Origin: a virus | Lineage: Duplodnaviria; Caudoviricetes | DNA length: 58,220 bases | IMG/VR virus record: IMGVR_UViG_3300036820_000022 | Span: 1-58,220 of that record | Reading direction: 5' to 3' (one strand) | Shown here: positions 36,135 through 44,776 of the stretch, piece by piece | How the letters are laid out: every line of letters starts with the position of its first letter | How positions within the stretch are numbered: the first letter of the stretch is position 1 | Program-made: the position numbers and the translations under genes | Notes under the pieces: generated by a model | What the model was told of the DNA's origin: nothing | Database searches by the model: none | What the model saw: the letters and a program-made list of their open reading frames with translations, nothing else

Positions 36135-36157
36135 CCTCCAAGGATTCGCATAGCAAA

Positions 36158-36191
36158 GAGGGCGTCGAGCAATCGGCGCCCTCGCCTTTTT
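36158..36191 (+). terminator. Intrinsic terminator after capsid operon
   Basis: GAGGGCGTCGA-GCAA-TCGGCGCCCTC stem-loop followed by a T-tract. Confidence 0.75.
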
Positions 36192-36192
36192 C

Positions 36193-36239
36193 GGACACGA
36201 CGCCGTTGCTTTGGGCTCACCTAAGCCAAGTCGGCTCCG
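36193..36239 (+). promoter_or_regulatory. GGACAC late-promoter-like element (neck operon)
   Basis: 47 nt upstream of ATG 36240, directly after the terminator; CCAA at offset 33. Confidence 0.65.
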
Positions 36240-36761
36240 ATGCCAAGAAAACGCCTTGAAGAAAACGCGACCGCTGTCGCCCCCGCGGCCTCCACGGGGA
36301 TGCTCGATGGAAAGGTCGCGGTCCAAGCCCCAGCCGCCCCCCCGGCAGTCCACCGCCCCAAGGATGGGACGAAGGAACGTCCGCCGGCCCCGGTCGTGCG
36401 TGACTCGATGGCCGCGCTGACCGCGCGCCTGGGCTCACCCACCTTTTGGGAGAACAACGCGCGCTTTGAGTGGGCGAAAGCGCCCAACAATCACCACTAC
36501 GAGTTCACGCGCTTTTACTTCCACGAGCTCGTGCTCGTCGACGTCTGGAAGACCTCGAATCCAAGCGATAAGAAGGCCGCCGAGCACAAGCGCAAGTGCG
36601 TCGACGCTGAGAATACCAAGCGCGTTGCCATGGGCGAGAAGCCGATCGGCCTGATTGCCGTCGTGCGCGGCGCGATCATTCCCGACGAGTATTTTTCGCG
36701 CGTACTGGCCGGCGAGACGTTTGCCCTAATCGAGCGATCGACCGAAGGGGTTTTGGTCTAA
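36240..36761 (+). CDS. Hypothetical protein
   Basis: Clean ORF after the promoter motif. Confidence 0.65.
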   Translation: MPRKRLEENATAVAPAASTGMLDGKVAVQAPAAPPAVHRPKDGTKERPPAPVVRDSMAALTARLGSPTFWENNARFEWAKAPNNHHYEFTRFYFHELVLVDVWKTSNPSDKKAAEHKRKCVDAENTKRVAMGEKPIGLIAVVRGAIIPDEYFSRVLAGETFALIERSTEGVLV

Positions 36762-36765
36762 CCTC

Positions 36766-37410
36766 GTGGCGATTACCGTCGCGAACGTTCGAACGGCGAT
36801 CGGTGACAGGCCGCAGCTATGGCCAGCGCCGGGCTCGCCGCCTGAACTGATGGGCCAAGCCGACGGTGTCAGGACGATCTTCAGCATCCGCTACGAAAAC
36901 TATATCGACGGCACGCTGACGGTTTACGAAGCCACGGCGCCGCCGTCGAGCAGTGGCGAAACGGCCGTGTGGACCGCGGTCGATCCGTCGCTCTACGTGG
37001 TCGGATCGACGCCCAACCCGACCAGCACCGGCGCGACCAACGCGATCATCACCTTCAACGCGGCGCCCGACGCCGGCACGTTCATCGGAGGGGGCTATCA
37101 AGTCACGGCGTTCTCCGACGACGATCTCAACGGTTACTTGACGCGCGCGCAGGCGTTGTACTCCGACGACGCTTCGGTGCTCAAGCGGGCGCAGTTCGAT
37201 ATCATCGACGCGCTGCTGATGGACTACAACCGGCTCTACCTGCTCGCCCAAGGCGAGTACCGAACCGATCCGGCCTCGTACGCCGCATCGCTCAAGCAGC
37301 TCAAAGCCGAGCTGCGCAAAGACCTCACAGGCGATCCGGTTCCGGGCTCGTCGAGCCCCGCGATGCTGATCGGCAACGTTGTGACGCGCCGATATCAGCC
37401 GTTTCGGTGA
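36766..37410 (+). CDS. Head-tail adaptor-like protein with inserted beta domain
   Basis: VRTAIGD...FSDDDLNGYL flanking a ADG.RTIFS..ITFNAAP.AG beta insert; synteny. Confidence 0.65.
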   Translation: MAITVANVRTAIGDRPQLWPAPGSPPELMGQADGVRTIFSIRYENYIDGTLTVYEATAPPSSSGETAVWTAVDPSLYVVGSTPNPTSTGATNAIITFNAAPDAGTFIGGGYQVTAFSDDDLNGYLTRAQALYSDDASVLKRAQFDIIDALLMDYNRLYLLAQGEYRTDPASYAASLKQLKAELRKDLTGDPVPGSSSPAMLIGNVVTRRYQPFR

Positions 37411-37414
37411 CATA

Positions 37415-38077
37415 ATGCAGATCGCGTGCTTTTGGTTAGAGGGAACTTTACGCGCGCGGCGCTCGCTCCGGCGCTACTCGCGCGAGGGATCGCCCGACGC
37501 CGCTGTCTGTAAGCAGCCGTGGGGTTACCACAACGCCCATGCGCTAATCGACGACGTCCCGTTTGAAATCAAGCCGAGCGGTGTCAGAAGCGAATACCGA
37601 ACGTTCGACTTCCTGGGCGCCGATAAGCTCGAGCTTTTTCCGGCCGAAGATCCGCGCTGGCCGGCCAAATGCGAACACTGCGACTATCGCTTTGAGGACG
37701 GGGACAAGCGCCAGGTATTTATCCGGCCGCTTTATCGACGCATAGATACGAGCGAAGAGTTGATCCTCGACGACGCACCGCCGGGTGCGATGTGGGATGC
37801 CTGGTGGTACGGAGATTCTGATTTTCCGACGCCGCCACGCCCCGATGGCATCCACTTAATGGTGCGCTGCCCCGGCTTTATGGCGGAAGACGGGAGCCAT
37901 GCCGACTGGTACGTCGACGGCATCGCCGGGAACGGAGACCGGAATTCTTACGGATGGAGTCGCTCGGGCATTCCGAACCAGCATCCGCCGAGCGTCACCG
38001 CAAACCCGTCGATCCAGATCACCCAGACTAACGGCTACCATGGGCGGCTTAAAAGCGGTTTTTTGGTACCAGCGTGA
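37415..38077 (+). CDS. Conserved hypothetical protein
   Basis: WP.KCE.C.Y.F, PGAMWDAWW, W.VDG, VTANPSI, GYHG.L..G.L motifs. Confidence 0.7.
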   Translation: MQIACFWLEGTLRARRSLRRYSREGSPDAAVCKQPWGYHNAHALIDDVPFEIKPSGVRSEYRTFDFLGADKLELFPAEDPRWPAKCEHCDYRFEDGDKRQVFIRPLYRRIDTSEELILDDAPPGAMWDAWWYGDSDFPTPPRPDGIHLMVRCPGFMAEDGSHADWYVDGIAGNGDRNSYGWSRSGIPNQHPPSVTANPSIQITQTNGYHGRLKSGFLVPA

Positions 38078-39996
38078 TCGTCGAACTCAACGGCACGTCG
38101 CTGCGCACCGCGCGACAGTGCGCGCACCGGATGCTCGAACGGACCAACCCGGTCAAGTCCAACGATGCGCCGGCGCCGCGGGCCTACAAGATTTCCGCCG
38201 TCGCCGAACGGCTCGAGCGCCAGCGTATGCGGGCCAAGGTCGCCGGCACCCGCAAGCTGCGGCTGCAGCTGCTCTCGATTCTGCACGCGTGGCGATCGTC
38301 AGTCGTCGCCGCGGTGCGCCGCAGCAACAAGCGCGAAGCCGACGTCGGGCAACTCGATAACGAGCTCGGCGCGGCCGTCGACGCTGGCATCCTCACCGAC
38401 GATCAGCGCCACGCCATCATCGCAGCCGTCACCGAGGCGCTCGCGTCGATGGATCCCAAGGCAATCGCGACGGCCATCGCCGCAGCGCAGCAAGAGCTGT
38501 TCAATGCGGGTCTCGATTCGGGCAAAGCCGAGGTCGGCATTACCTGGGATATGCCGCCGACGCTCGCGCTGGATCAACTCAATGCTGCGACTATCCCATT
38601 CTCGCAAGAAATCGTCGATCGCGAGGTCGCCGCGATAAAGCAGGCGCTCCAAGACGGCATCGCGGCCGGAGACGGCATACCGGCGATGGCGCAGCGGATT
38701 CAAGACACCTTTGACGACGGGATGCACATTCTAGCGCAGGGACCGCCTGGCCGTGACGGTGAGCGCCCTGTAGTGCGCGTGATCCCAAGCGATTCATGGG
38801 CCGAGATGGTCGCGCGCACCGAGACGTCGCGAGCGATGAATGCCGGAATCATGCAGACCTACCGCTCGGCGGGAGTGGCGCGAGTGATGTGGATTAGCGC
38901 CGAAGATGAGCGCCAGTGTGCGGCTTGCGAAGCCGCCGATGGGGACATAGTCTTACTCGGTCAGGTCTTCGCCGACGTTGGAGCAACGGAACCGCCGGCA
39001 CATCCGTCGTGCTGCCCGGAGGGAACACTAATCTTGACGGAGCGCGGCGAGGTCCCTATTGAAACGGTTGGCGTCGGCGATTTAGTTTGGACTCATCTGG
39101 GACGCTGGCGCCCTGTCGTTGGCCTCATGCAACGCGAAGTTTCGGAGCATCTTTGGACGGTCCGGGCCGGGCATAGGATACTCAGGATCACCGGAAACCA
39201 CCCCGTTTATACGCCTAATGGGTGGACGCGGGCCGCGTCCTTGAAAGTAACGGATGAGGTCTACTGCGTGAATTCGGAAGCGGTGCTGAGTGCAACCTCC
39301 CAGCCGAATAACGCGCCAGCCGTTCGCTCTCAAGTAGGCATCCTTCACCGCATCTGCGGCGCGCTTTTTGGGAACCGCGTGCCAACCCCCACCATCGATC
39401 TCTACGGCAAAGAAGCGATCGGTGATAGCAACGTCGATCATGTATTTTCCCACGGCGTAGTTAAGGACCGCGCTAATGCCAGCAGCAGCGAGTGCGTCGT
39501 GGACGATGGTTTCATAGACGGATATGGCGCGACCTTGGCGGCTTCGGGCTTTACGGGCGAGAGCGTCCTCGCTCACCTTGCTTCCACGCACGGCATCGTG
39601 AGCGGCCTTCGAGAGCGCAGCGCGCTCGGCAGCGCTCGTGCGGCTCATCCGGAGGTACATAGCACCGCTTCGGTTGCGCTGCTTGAGCCCGACGCGTGCA
39701 AAACCGCTGACGATTGCGGTCCTTGCGACTCCGTAGCGCTCCGCCAGGGCTTTAACCGAAGCACCGGCGATGTGCTCCCTGTAGATTTTCCGACTTTGGT
39801 CGTAAGTAAACGCCCGCTTCATACTGCCGTTGTACCCATCGCTTCGTTTGAATGCCTGAACTTCGAAGGCATCGTTTACAACTTCGAAGTGGCCGAAGAC
39901 GAGTCGTATGTGGCCGAAGGGATTGTCGTGCATAACTGCCGCTGCACCGTAGTCTCAGCCGGCACAGCCGAAGCCTCCGACGACGAGGCCGCGTAG
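38074..39996 (+). CDS. MuF / SPP1 gp7-family minor head protein containing an intein
   Basis: AEMVARTETSRAMNAG, W.SAEDER.C..C...DG, PPAHPS|CRC split by a Hint domain. Confidence 0.92.
   Translation: MIVELNGTSLRTARQCAHRMLERTNPVKSNDAPAPRAYKISAVAERLERQRMRAKVAGTRKLRLQLLSILHAWRSSVVAAVRRSNKREADVGQLDNELGAAVDAGILTDDQRHAIIAAVTEALASMDPKAIATAIAAAQQELFNAGLDSGKAEVGITWDMPPTLALDQLNAATIPFSQEIVDREVAAIKQALQDGIAAGDGIPAMAQRIQDTFDDGMHILAQGPPGRDGERPVVRVIPSDSWAEMVARTETSRAMNAGIMQTYRSAGVARVMWISAEDERQCAACEAADGDIVLLGQVFADVGATEPPAHPSCCPEGTLILTERGEVPIETVGVGDLVWTHLGRWRPVVGLMQREVSEHLWTVRAGHRILRITGNHPVYTPNGWTRAASLKVTDEVYCVNSEAVLSATSQPNNAPAVRSQVGILHRICGALFGNRVPTPTIDLYGKEAIGDSNVDHVFSHGVVKDRANASSSECVVDDGFIDGYGATLAASGFTGESVLAHLASTHGIVSGLRERSALGSARAAHPEVHSTASVALLEPDACKTADDCGPCDSVALRQGFNRSTGDVLPVDFPTLVVSKRPLHTAVVPIASFECLNFEGIVYNFEVAEDESYVAEGIVVHNCRCTVVSAGTAEASDDEAA
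39010..39936 (+). mobile_element. Intein (309 aa) in MuF
   Basis: Block A CCPEGTLILT, block B ITGNHPV, block F VYNFEV, block G IVVHN followed by Cys+1; splicing restores HPSCRC. Confidence 0.93.
39082..39822 (-). CDS. HTH + DUF559/Vsr-like PD-(D/E)xK endonuclease encoded antisense inside the intein
   Basis: GASVKALAERYGVARTAIV HTH; ETIVHDAL...GKYMIDVAI....AVEIDGGGWH......DAVKDAYLRANGWRVIRL. Confidence 0.85.
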   Translation of the reverse strand: MKRAFTYDQSRKIYREHIAGASVKALAERYGVARTAIVSGFARVGLKQRNRSGAMYLRMSRTSAAERAALSKAAHDAVRGSKVSEDALARKARSRQGRAISVYETIVHDALAAAGISAVLNYAVGKYMIDVAITDRFFAVEIDGGGWHAVPKKRAADAVKDAYLRANGWRVIRLGGCTQHRFRIHAVDLIRYFQGRGPRPPIRRINGVVSGDPEYPMPGPDRPKMLRNFALHEANDRAPASQMSPN

Positions 39997-40347
39997 ATGC
40001 CGCGCGTGCCGTCATCGTCTCGCTGGCCGCAGCGCCTTGCGGCGACGCAGCAGGCGTCATATTTCGTCGATAACCGCAATCCGACGACCGATAAGCTCGA
40101 CCGCGTCGGCCCGTACTTAGCCGAGATCATTCCAACCAGCGGCGATCTGCAAGTTCCATCTACTGACAAGAGCGGCAATCCGATTATGGTGAACATCGAC
40201 GCGCGGCTTTGGCTGCCGGCCGAATCGGGCGCAGCGTCGAGGTCAATCGTTACAAACATTCTCACCAACGCCGCTTTTGCGGTCGTCTACGTGCAGCCGT
40301 GGGATGACCGGCTCGAATGCTTCGTCGTGCGGAGAACGCCGCGATGA
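39997..40347 (+). CDS. Head-closure-like protein
   Basis: Small beta-rich ORF in neck position; synteny only. Confidence 0.55.
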   Translation: MPRVPSSSRWPQRLAATQQASYFVDNRNPTTDKLDRVGPYLAEIIPTSGDLQVPSTDKSGNPIMVNIDARLWLPAESGAASRSIVTNILTNAAFAVVYVQPWDDRLECFVVRRTPR

Positions 40348-40838
40348 TCGGCGGAAGCTCCAACGCCGAGCAGATCCTCGCGAAGCTGAGGGCGCAAGCA
40401 GCGCGGCTGAGCGACCTTTCGGTGCCGCTGACCCAAGCCGGCATCGTCGTGCGCGATGCGGCGGTCATGCGCATCAAAGAGCAGGGCGGCGACCAGGATT
40501 GGCTACCGAACAAGCGCGGCGGCCATACCGGAATCGACTCCGGGCGCATGATGAGTTCGATCCAAGTCTCACCGGTTGCGCAAAACGCCGTCAGCGTCGG
40601 CACCAATCTTCAGTACGCGAAATGGTTCCAGGAAGGAACCGGGATCTACGCCGGTCACACCCCGTGGACGATCAAACCGAAGTCGAAAAAGGCGCTGGCG
40701 TTTACAAGCGGCGGCGTCGAATACGTGCGGCGCTCGGTGACGATACCAGGCGAACCCCGGAGGCCCTACCTGCTTATTACGGATACGGAAAAGGCAGGGA
40801 TACGCGATGTGTTTTATCATTGGATCAATGCCTCTTAG
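40344..40838 (+). CDS. Virion morphogenesis / tail-completion protein (Mu gpG-like)
   Basis: DSGRMMSSI....VSVGTNLQYA...QEG...VTIP..PRRPYL. Confidence 0.8.
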   Translation: MIGGSSNAEQILAKLRAQAARLSDLSVPLTQAGIVVRDAAVMRIKEQGGDQDWLPNKRGGHTGIDSGRMMSSIQVSPVAQNAVSVGTNLQYAKWFQEGTGIYAGHTPWTIKPKSKKALAFTSGGVEYVRRSVTIPGEPRRPYLLITDTEKAGIRDVFYHWINAS

Positions 40839-41526
40839 CGAACACGAAAAGGCTCTATGCCGAAAGCGTTATCGGAAGAATCGCACCAAAATACTGGCGC
40901 GGATGAAAGCCGCGTATGACGCGAACCCTGAAGCTAAAAAGGCGCGCTCTAAGGCTTACCGCTCCGCCAATCCAGATGGCTGCGCCGCCCGGGACAAGGC
41001 AAAGCGGCAACGTTATCTCGCCGAGGCCCAAGCTGGCACCGCACCATTTAGGTGCTGCAAAAAGTGCGGATCTAAAGTTGAGTGGCGCGGCCGCGATTGC
41101 CGCGTTTGCCGAAAGGCGGTCAATCTAGCCTATCGGGCCGCTAATCCCGAAAAAGTTAAAGCTATCCAGGCAGCTCGGTACGCTGCCGACCCGGATGGCG
41201 AAAGGGATCGAGTGCGTACCTGGCGCTCTGCAAATCCAGCTAAGGTTGCCGCGATAAAGCACCGTCGGTACGCCCGCGAAGCCGGCGCGCAAGGGGACCA
41301 TATGGAGTCAGAGTGGCGCGCGATCGTCGAGCTACAGAAATACCGTTGCGCCGACTGCGGCCAGAAGGTCAAACTTACCAAAGACCATATCGTTCCGCTG
41401 TCCCGCGGAGGCTCCAACTTCGCATTTAATCTGCAGGGTCTCTGCGTGCGCTGCAATTCTCGAAAGAATTGCAAGCTGCCCGCGGGGCTGCAACACACAC
41501 TTTTTGACCGAGGAGCGGCAGCGTGA
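40828..41526 (+). CDS. HNH endonuclease with basic repeat N-terminus
   Basis: RCADCG....LTKDHIVPLSRGGSN...NLQGLC..CNSRK; overlaps both neighbours. Confidence 0.9.
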   Translation: MPLSEHEKALCRKRYRKNRTKILARMKAAYDANPEAKKARSKAYRSANPDGCAARDKAKRQRYLAEAQAGTAPFRCCKKCGSKVEWRGRDCRVCRKAVNLAYRAANPEKVKAIQAARYAADPDGERDRVRTWRSANPAKVAAIKHRRYAREAGAQGDHMESEWRAIVELQKYRCADCGQKVKLTKDHIVPLSRGGSNFAFNLQGLCVRCNSRKNCKLPAGLQHTLFDRGAAA

Positions 41527-42812
41527 GCGACACGACGAATATCGAGCTCTGGAGCAAGATCGACGACGCCATCTACGCAAACATCGTCGCGGCCACGCAG
41601 TCCGGCGGACCGTTAGCGGTTCAGAGTAATCCCGACGGCACGACGGGTATTCAGCATATAGCGCGCGTCGCGCCGCCGACGCAAAAGCTCTTTCCCAGCG
41701 TCGGCGTCATGTGCCTGAGCTACGACGAAGTGATCTCCGGCTCGGCCAAGCACGATTTTACGGCCACGTGGGCGATCGTAGTAACGGTTCAGCAGCCCTT
41801 TGACCCGACGATCGACGATATCGGCGAGACGGCGATGACGCTGCTGCGCGCCTATCAGGACGACGGTTCCGGAAACGGCATCTCTCCGCTGCTGCGCGGC
41901 AACGTTACCGTCAACGGCATCGCGCAATGGTCGCAGATCACGGCGATGGAGCGCCATCTACTCGAAGGCAAGACGTCTGAAGATATGATCGCGACCGCGA
42001 TCTACACCTTCGAGGTCCACTACTCGATCAAGATCGCACCGGTCACGGTTCCCGCGCCCGGCGGCTCGGGCTACGTCAATCTCACCGGCCAAGGCTTCGT
42101 CGATACCGGCTCGCCTGGCGGCCTGCAAACCGACAGCAGCGGCATTATCGACTCGACCGGTTCGGAAGACTGGGAGATCGACGCGACCAACGGCGCCCTG
42201 GTCAGCGCGGTCAATGGCGGCAAAATCTTTCTCGGGCCCGACTTTCCGTTTATCGACGGGAGCAACGCCGGCTCGTACCTCACCGCCGACGGCGGCACGG
42301 TGCAGATCGGCATCGGCTCGGGCGACTCGTGCGAGGTCAGCTTCGGCATCTCAGCAGTCGGTACGATTCACGTCTACGGCAAGCTCAAACTCTCAGGTTT
42401 CGGCTCGCTCGAGGTCGGCGGTGCCGGCGATGGAACACTTGTTATCGGGGCGCTGGGCGAGTTCGATCTGCCCGGCGATGCCGACGTGCTAATGCAAGGC
42501 AACCTCACCATCGAATCACTTGTTTCGGTGCCACCCGATATCGCGACGCTGACCGATACCGGCGGCGTGCTCGCCATGTTCACGCACACCGAGGTCGGCT
42601 TGGCCGCGGCGTTCAGCGACAGCTCGTTCTTGGACGGTTCGCTGGGCGAGATCACGGCCTGGGCCTGGGACTTCGGCGATTCATCGGGGACCTCGACCGA
42701 TCAGAATCCCGACTATACCTACGCGGCCGGCGGCACGTATAACGTTTCGCTGACCGTGACGACTGCCGGGGGCGGTTCATCCCAGGGTTCGGCCCAGGTA
42801 ACGGTCGCCTAA
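41523..42812 (+). CDS. Tail-terminator-like protein fused to Gly-rich region and PKD domain
   Basis: N-terminal ~170 aa in terminator position (synteny); C-terminal FSDSS..G.ITAWAWDFGD..TSTDQNP.YTY...GTYNVSLTVT is a PKD domain. Confidence 0.7.
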   Translation: MSDTTNIELWSKIDDAIYANIVAATQSGGPLAVQSNPDGTTGIQHIARVAPPTQKLFPSVGVMCLSYDEVISGSAKHDFTATWAIVVTVQQPFDPTIDDIGETAMTLLRAYQDDGSGNGISPLLRGNVTVNGIAQWSQITAMERHLLEGKTSEDMIATAIYTFEVHYSIKIAPVTVPAPGGSGYVNLTGQGFVDTGSPGGLQTDSSGIIDSTGSEDWEIDATNGALVSAVNGGKIFLGPDFPFIDGSNAGSYLTADGGTVQIGIGSGDSCEVSFGISAVGTIHVYGKLKLSGFGSLEVGGAGDGTLVIGALGEFDLPGDADVLMQGNLTIESLVSVPPDIATLTDTGGVLAMFTHTEVGLAAAFSDSSFLDGSLGEITAWAWDFGDSSGTSTDQNPDYTYAAGGTYNVSLTVTTAGGGSSQGSAQVTVA

Positions 42813-42816
42813 AAGC

Positions 42817-42863
42817 GGACACGGGGCACCCTCTGTCGGCGCCTGAGGCCAAGAGCGCCGCCC
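42817..42863 (+). promoter_or_regulatory. GGACAC late-promoter-like element (tail operon)
   Basis: 47 nt upstream of ATG 42864; CCAA at offset 32. Confidence 0.65.
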
Positions 42864-43388
42864 ATGAGGATACGGTATCAGCCCAAGCGCGGCGCGGTCG
42901 AAGTCGAGCTGCGCGATATCGTCGGCGGCAGTCCGCTTGCGAAGTGGTACACCGGCGACGAGCGCGACATTCCGCCAGGCACAAAGGTCGTTTGGGGCGA
43001 CGGCGCATCGCCGGCTTTCCAACTCGACGCGGCACTGGCGATCTTCCGGCACGGCCCCGACTTCGTCGACGCGTCCACCGGCAAAAACCCGCTTTACTCG
43101 TGCGCCAACTGCGGAGCCGAAGCGCTTGCCGAGCACGCGTTTGACTACGAGCGCGACCAAACGATTCCGTTCGTCAACGCCGACGGCAAGCGTTTGTGTC
43201 CGTCGTGCTGGCTGGGCGCGCACCCCGACCGTATTCCCTACTTCCGCGACACGCTGCGCTACGGCAAAGACGCCCCCGACGTCATCAAGCGCGCGCAAGC
43301 GATCGCCGCCAAAGCCGCGCCGGTGCAAGCCGCGCCACCACCCGATAAACCGGCGGATACCGCCGCGCCCGGAGGATCTGCCAAGTGA
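42864..43388 (+). CDS. Hypothetical protein with zinc finger
   Basis: CANCG...LCPSC; coupled to the tail tube gene. Confidence 0.6.
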   Translation: MRIRYQPKRGAVEVELRDIVGGSPLAKWYTGDERDIPPGTKVVWGDGASPAFQLDAALAIFRHGPDFVDASTGKNPLYSCANCGAEALAEHAFDYERDQTIPFVNADGKRLCPSCWLGAHPDRIPYFRDTLRYGKDAPDVIKRAQAIAAKAAPVQAAPPPDKPADTAAPGGSAK

Positions 43389-44689
43389 GCCTTCATCTTC
43401 CCGATCGCGCCGCACGTGCACGTGGCGAGCGCCGGCTATACGGCCCGCGTGATTTCGACCTCCAGCTTTTCGGTCAGGCGCCCTCTGCCGAGCTCGTAAC
43501 CCTCGGCATCGGCAAGGAAACCGTCTACGGCACCGCCGTCTCGCCGACCGTCTTTTTGATTCCGAGCAGCGAAGGCTACGACGGAACCAACGAGCTGCTC
43601 GAGCGTCCCGGCGCGCGAAAGCGTATTGGCCAGACCGAGCAACTCACCGGCATGTTCACCGGTAAAGGCCAAATGCAAGTCGAGGTCGATCCCGACACGA
43701 TCGGCGCGCTCCTCTTGCTCGCCTTTGGCGCCGAATCCATCGGAGCCGACGCGAGCAATCCCGACGCCGAAGCGGTCACGACGACGCTGTCCGTCGGCGT
43801 GGGTGTCGGCAACAACTGGGCAACTCCGGCAGCGATGACCAATATCGTCAAGGGTCAGTCGCTCACGATTGATTCGGGCGAGACGGTTGTCGTGCGCGCC
43901 ATCACGGCCACGCAGTTCTTCGCCTATTTCACCACGGCGCACGCTTCAGGCGTGGACGTCGTGAACGCCTCGGTCGTGCTCGCGTACGATCACAACTTCA
44001 CGCTCGCCTCGCCGCGGCACTCGTTCACTGCCCAACTCAACGACGTCATTTCGTCCAAGAACTCCTTCGGCTGCAAAATCTCCAAGCTCAGCTTCAAGAT
44101 CACGCCCAAGGCGATCATCGAAGCGATGGTAACCGTCGAGTACCAGGGCGAAGCCAACGTCAGCTCGCCGACCTCGCCGAGCTATTCGGTGCTGCGCGGA
44201 CTGGTGTTCACGACCCCCGGCAACGCCGTGACGATGAACGGTATCGCGATCGACTCGTCGGTGCAGGCCATCACGATCGATATCGACCTCGGCCTGATTA
44301 CCGATTACCCGAAGTACGGCAATGGCCGGTATCGGGCGCAGCTTCCCGAGACGCAGACCAAGGTTTCGCTCGGGCTCGACCTGGCATTCGAAACCGACAC
44401 GATGCTGCAGAACTTCTGGGGCGCGCCCAGTTCGACCGGGCCGCAAGGCGACGTCGTACCGGCGCCGATCGTCGTGACGGTGGACTCAGTCGATAACGTC
44501 AATACCGCGCTGCCGTACAGCACGACGTTCACCTTCCCCAACGCCAAGCCCAAGACGGCGCCCGTAACGCGCAAGGTCGGCGACTATCTCAAGCAGACGG
44601 TGCAGTTCGAGAACTCCGAGTCGACCAACGGCGCGGGCGATGATTGTTCGGTGCTGCTCTGTAACGCCGCTAGCGGCGCATCGTTCTAA
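43385..44689 (+). CDS. Major tail tube protein
   Basis: LGIGKETVYGTAVSPT, SFGCKISKLSF, strong codon bias; precedes chaperones and tape measure. Confidence 0.85.
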   Translation: MSLHLPDRAARARGERRLYGPRDFDLQLFGQAPSAELVTLGIGKETVYGTAVSPTVFLIPSSEGYDGTNELLERPGARKRIGQTEQLTGMFTGKGQMQVEVDPDTIGALLLLAFGAESIGADASNPDAEAVTTTLSVGVGVGNNWATPAAMTNIVKGQSLTIDSGETVVVRAITATQFFAYFTTAHASGVDVVNASVVLAYDHNFTLASPRHSFTAQLNDVISSKNSFGCKISKLSFKITPKAIIEAMVTVEYQGEANVSSPTSPSYSVLRGLVFTTPGNAVTMNGIAIDSSVQAITIDIDLGLITDYPKYGNGRYRAQLPETQTKVSLGLDLAFETDTMLQNFWGAPSSTGPQGDVVPAPIVVTVDSVDNVNTALPYSTTFTFPNAKPKTAPVTRKVGDYLKQTVQFENSESTNGAGDDCSVLLCNAASGASF

Positions 44690-44696
44690 CTTCTCA

Positions 44697-44716
44697 GCGG
44701 TTCCACGTGAAACCGC
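44697..44716. promoter_or_regulatory. parS-like palindrome
   Basis: GCGGTTCCACGTGAAACCGC; inner 14 bp match the chromosomal parS consensus TGTTNCACGTGAAACA; intergenic. Confidence 0.6.
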
Positions 44717-44724
44717 GATCGCTT

Positions 44725-44764
44725 CGAATGCGCCAGCTGTACTGTAGCCGGCGCATTCGTTTTT
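44725..44764 (+). terminator. Intrinsic terminator/attenuator after tail tube gene
   Basis: CGAATGCGCC..GGCGCATTCG stem followed by TTTTT. Confidence 0.7.
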
Positions 44765-44776
44765 GTAAGGAGACTT

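Noticed and set aside
3060-41526. Many proteins end in -AA (possible ssrA-like ClpXP degrons)
   Set aside because: Largely explained by overlapping GAGG/GCGGCGTGA translational-coupling sequences and GC bias; cannot be separated from chance here.
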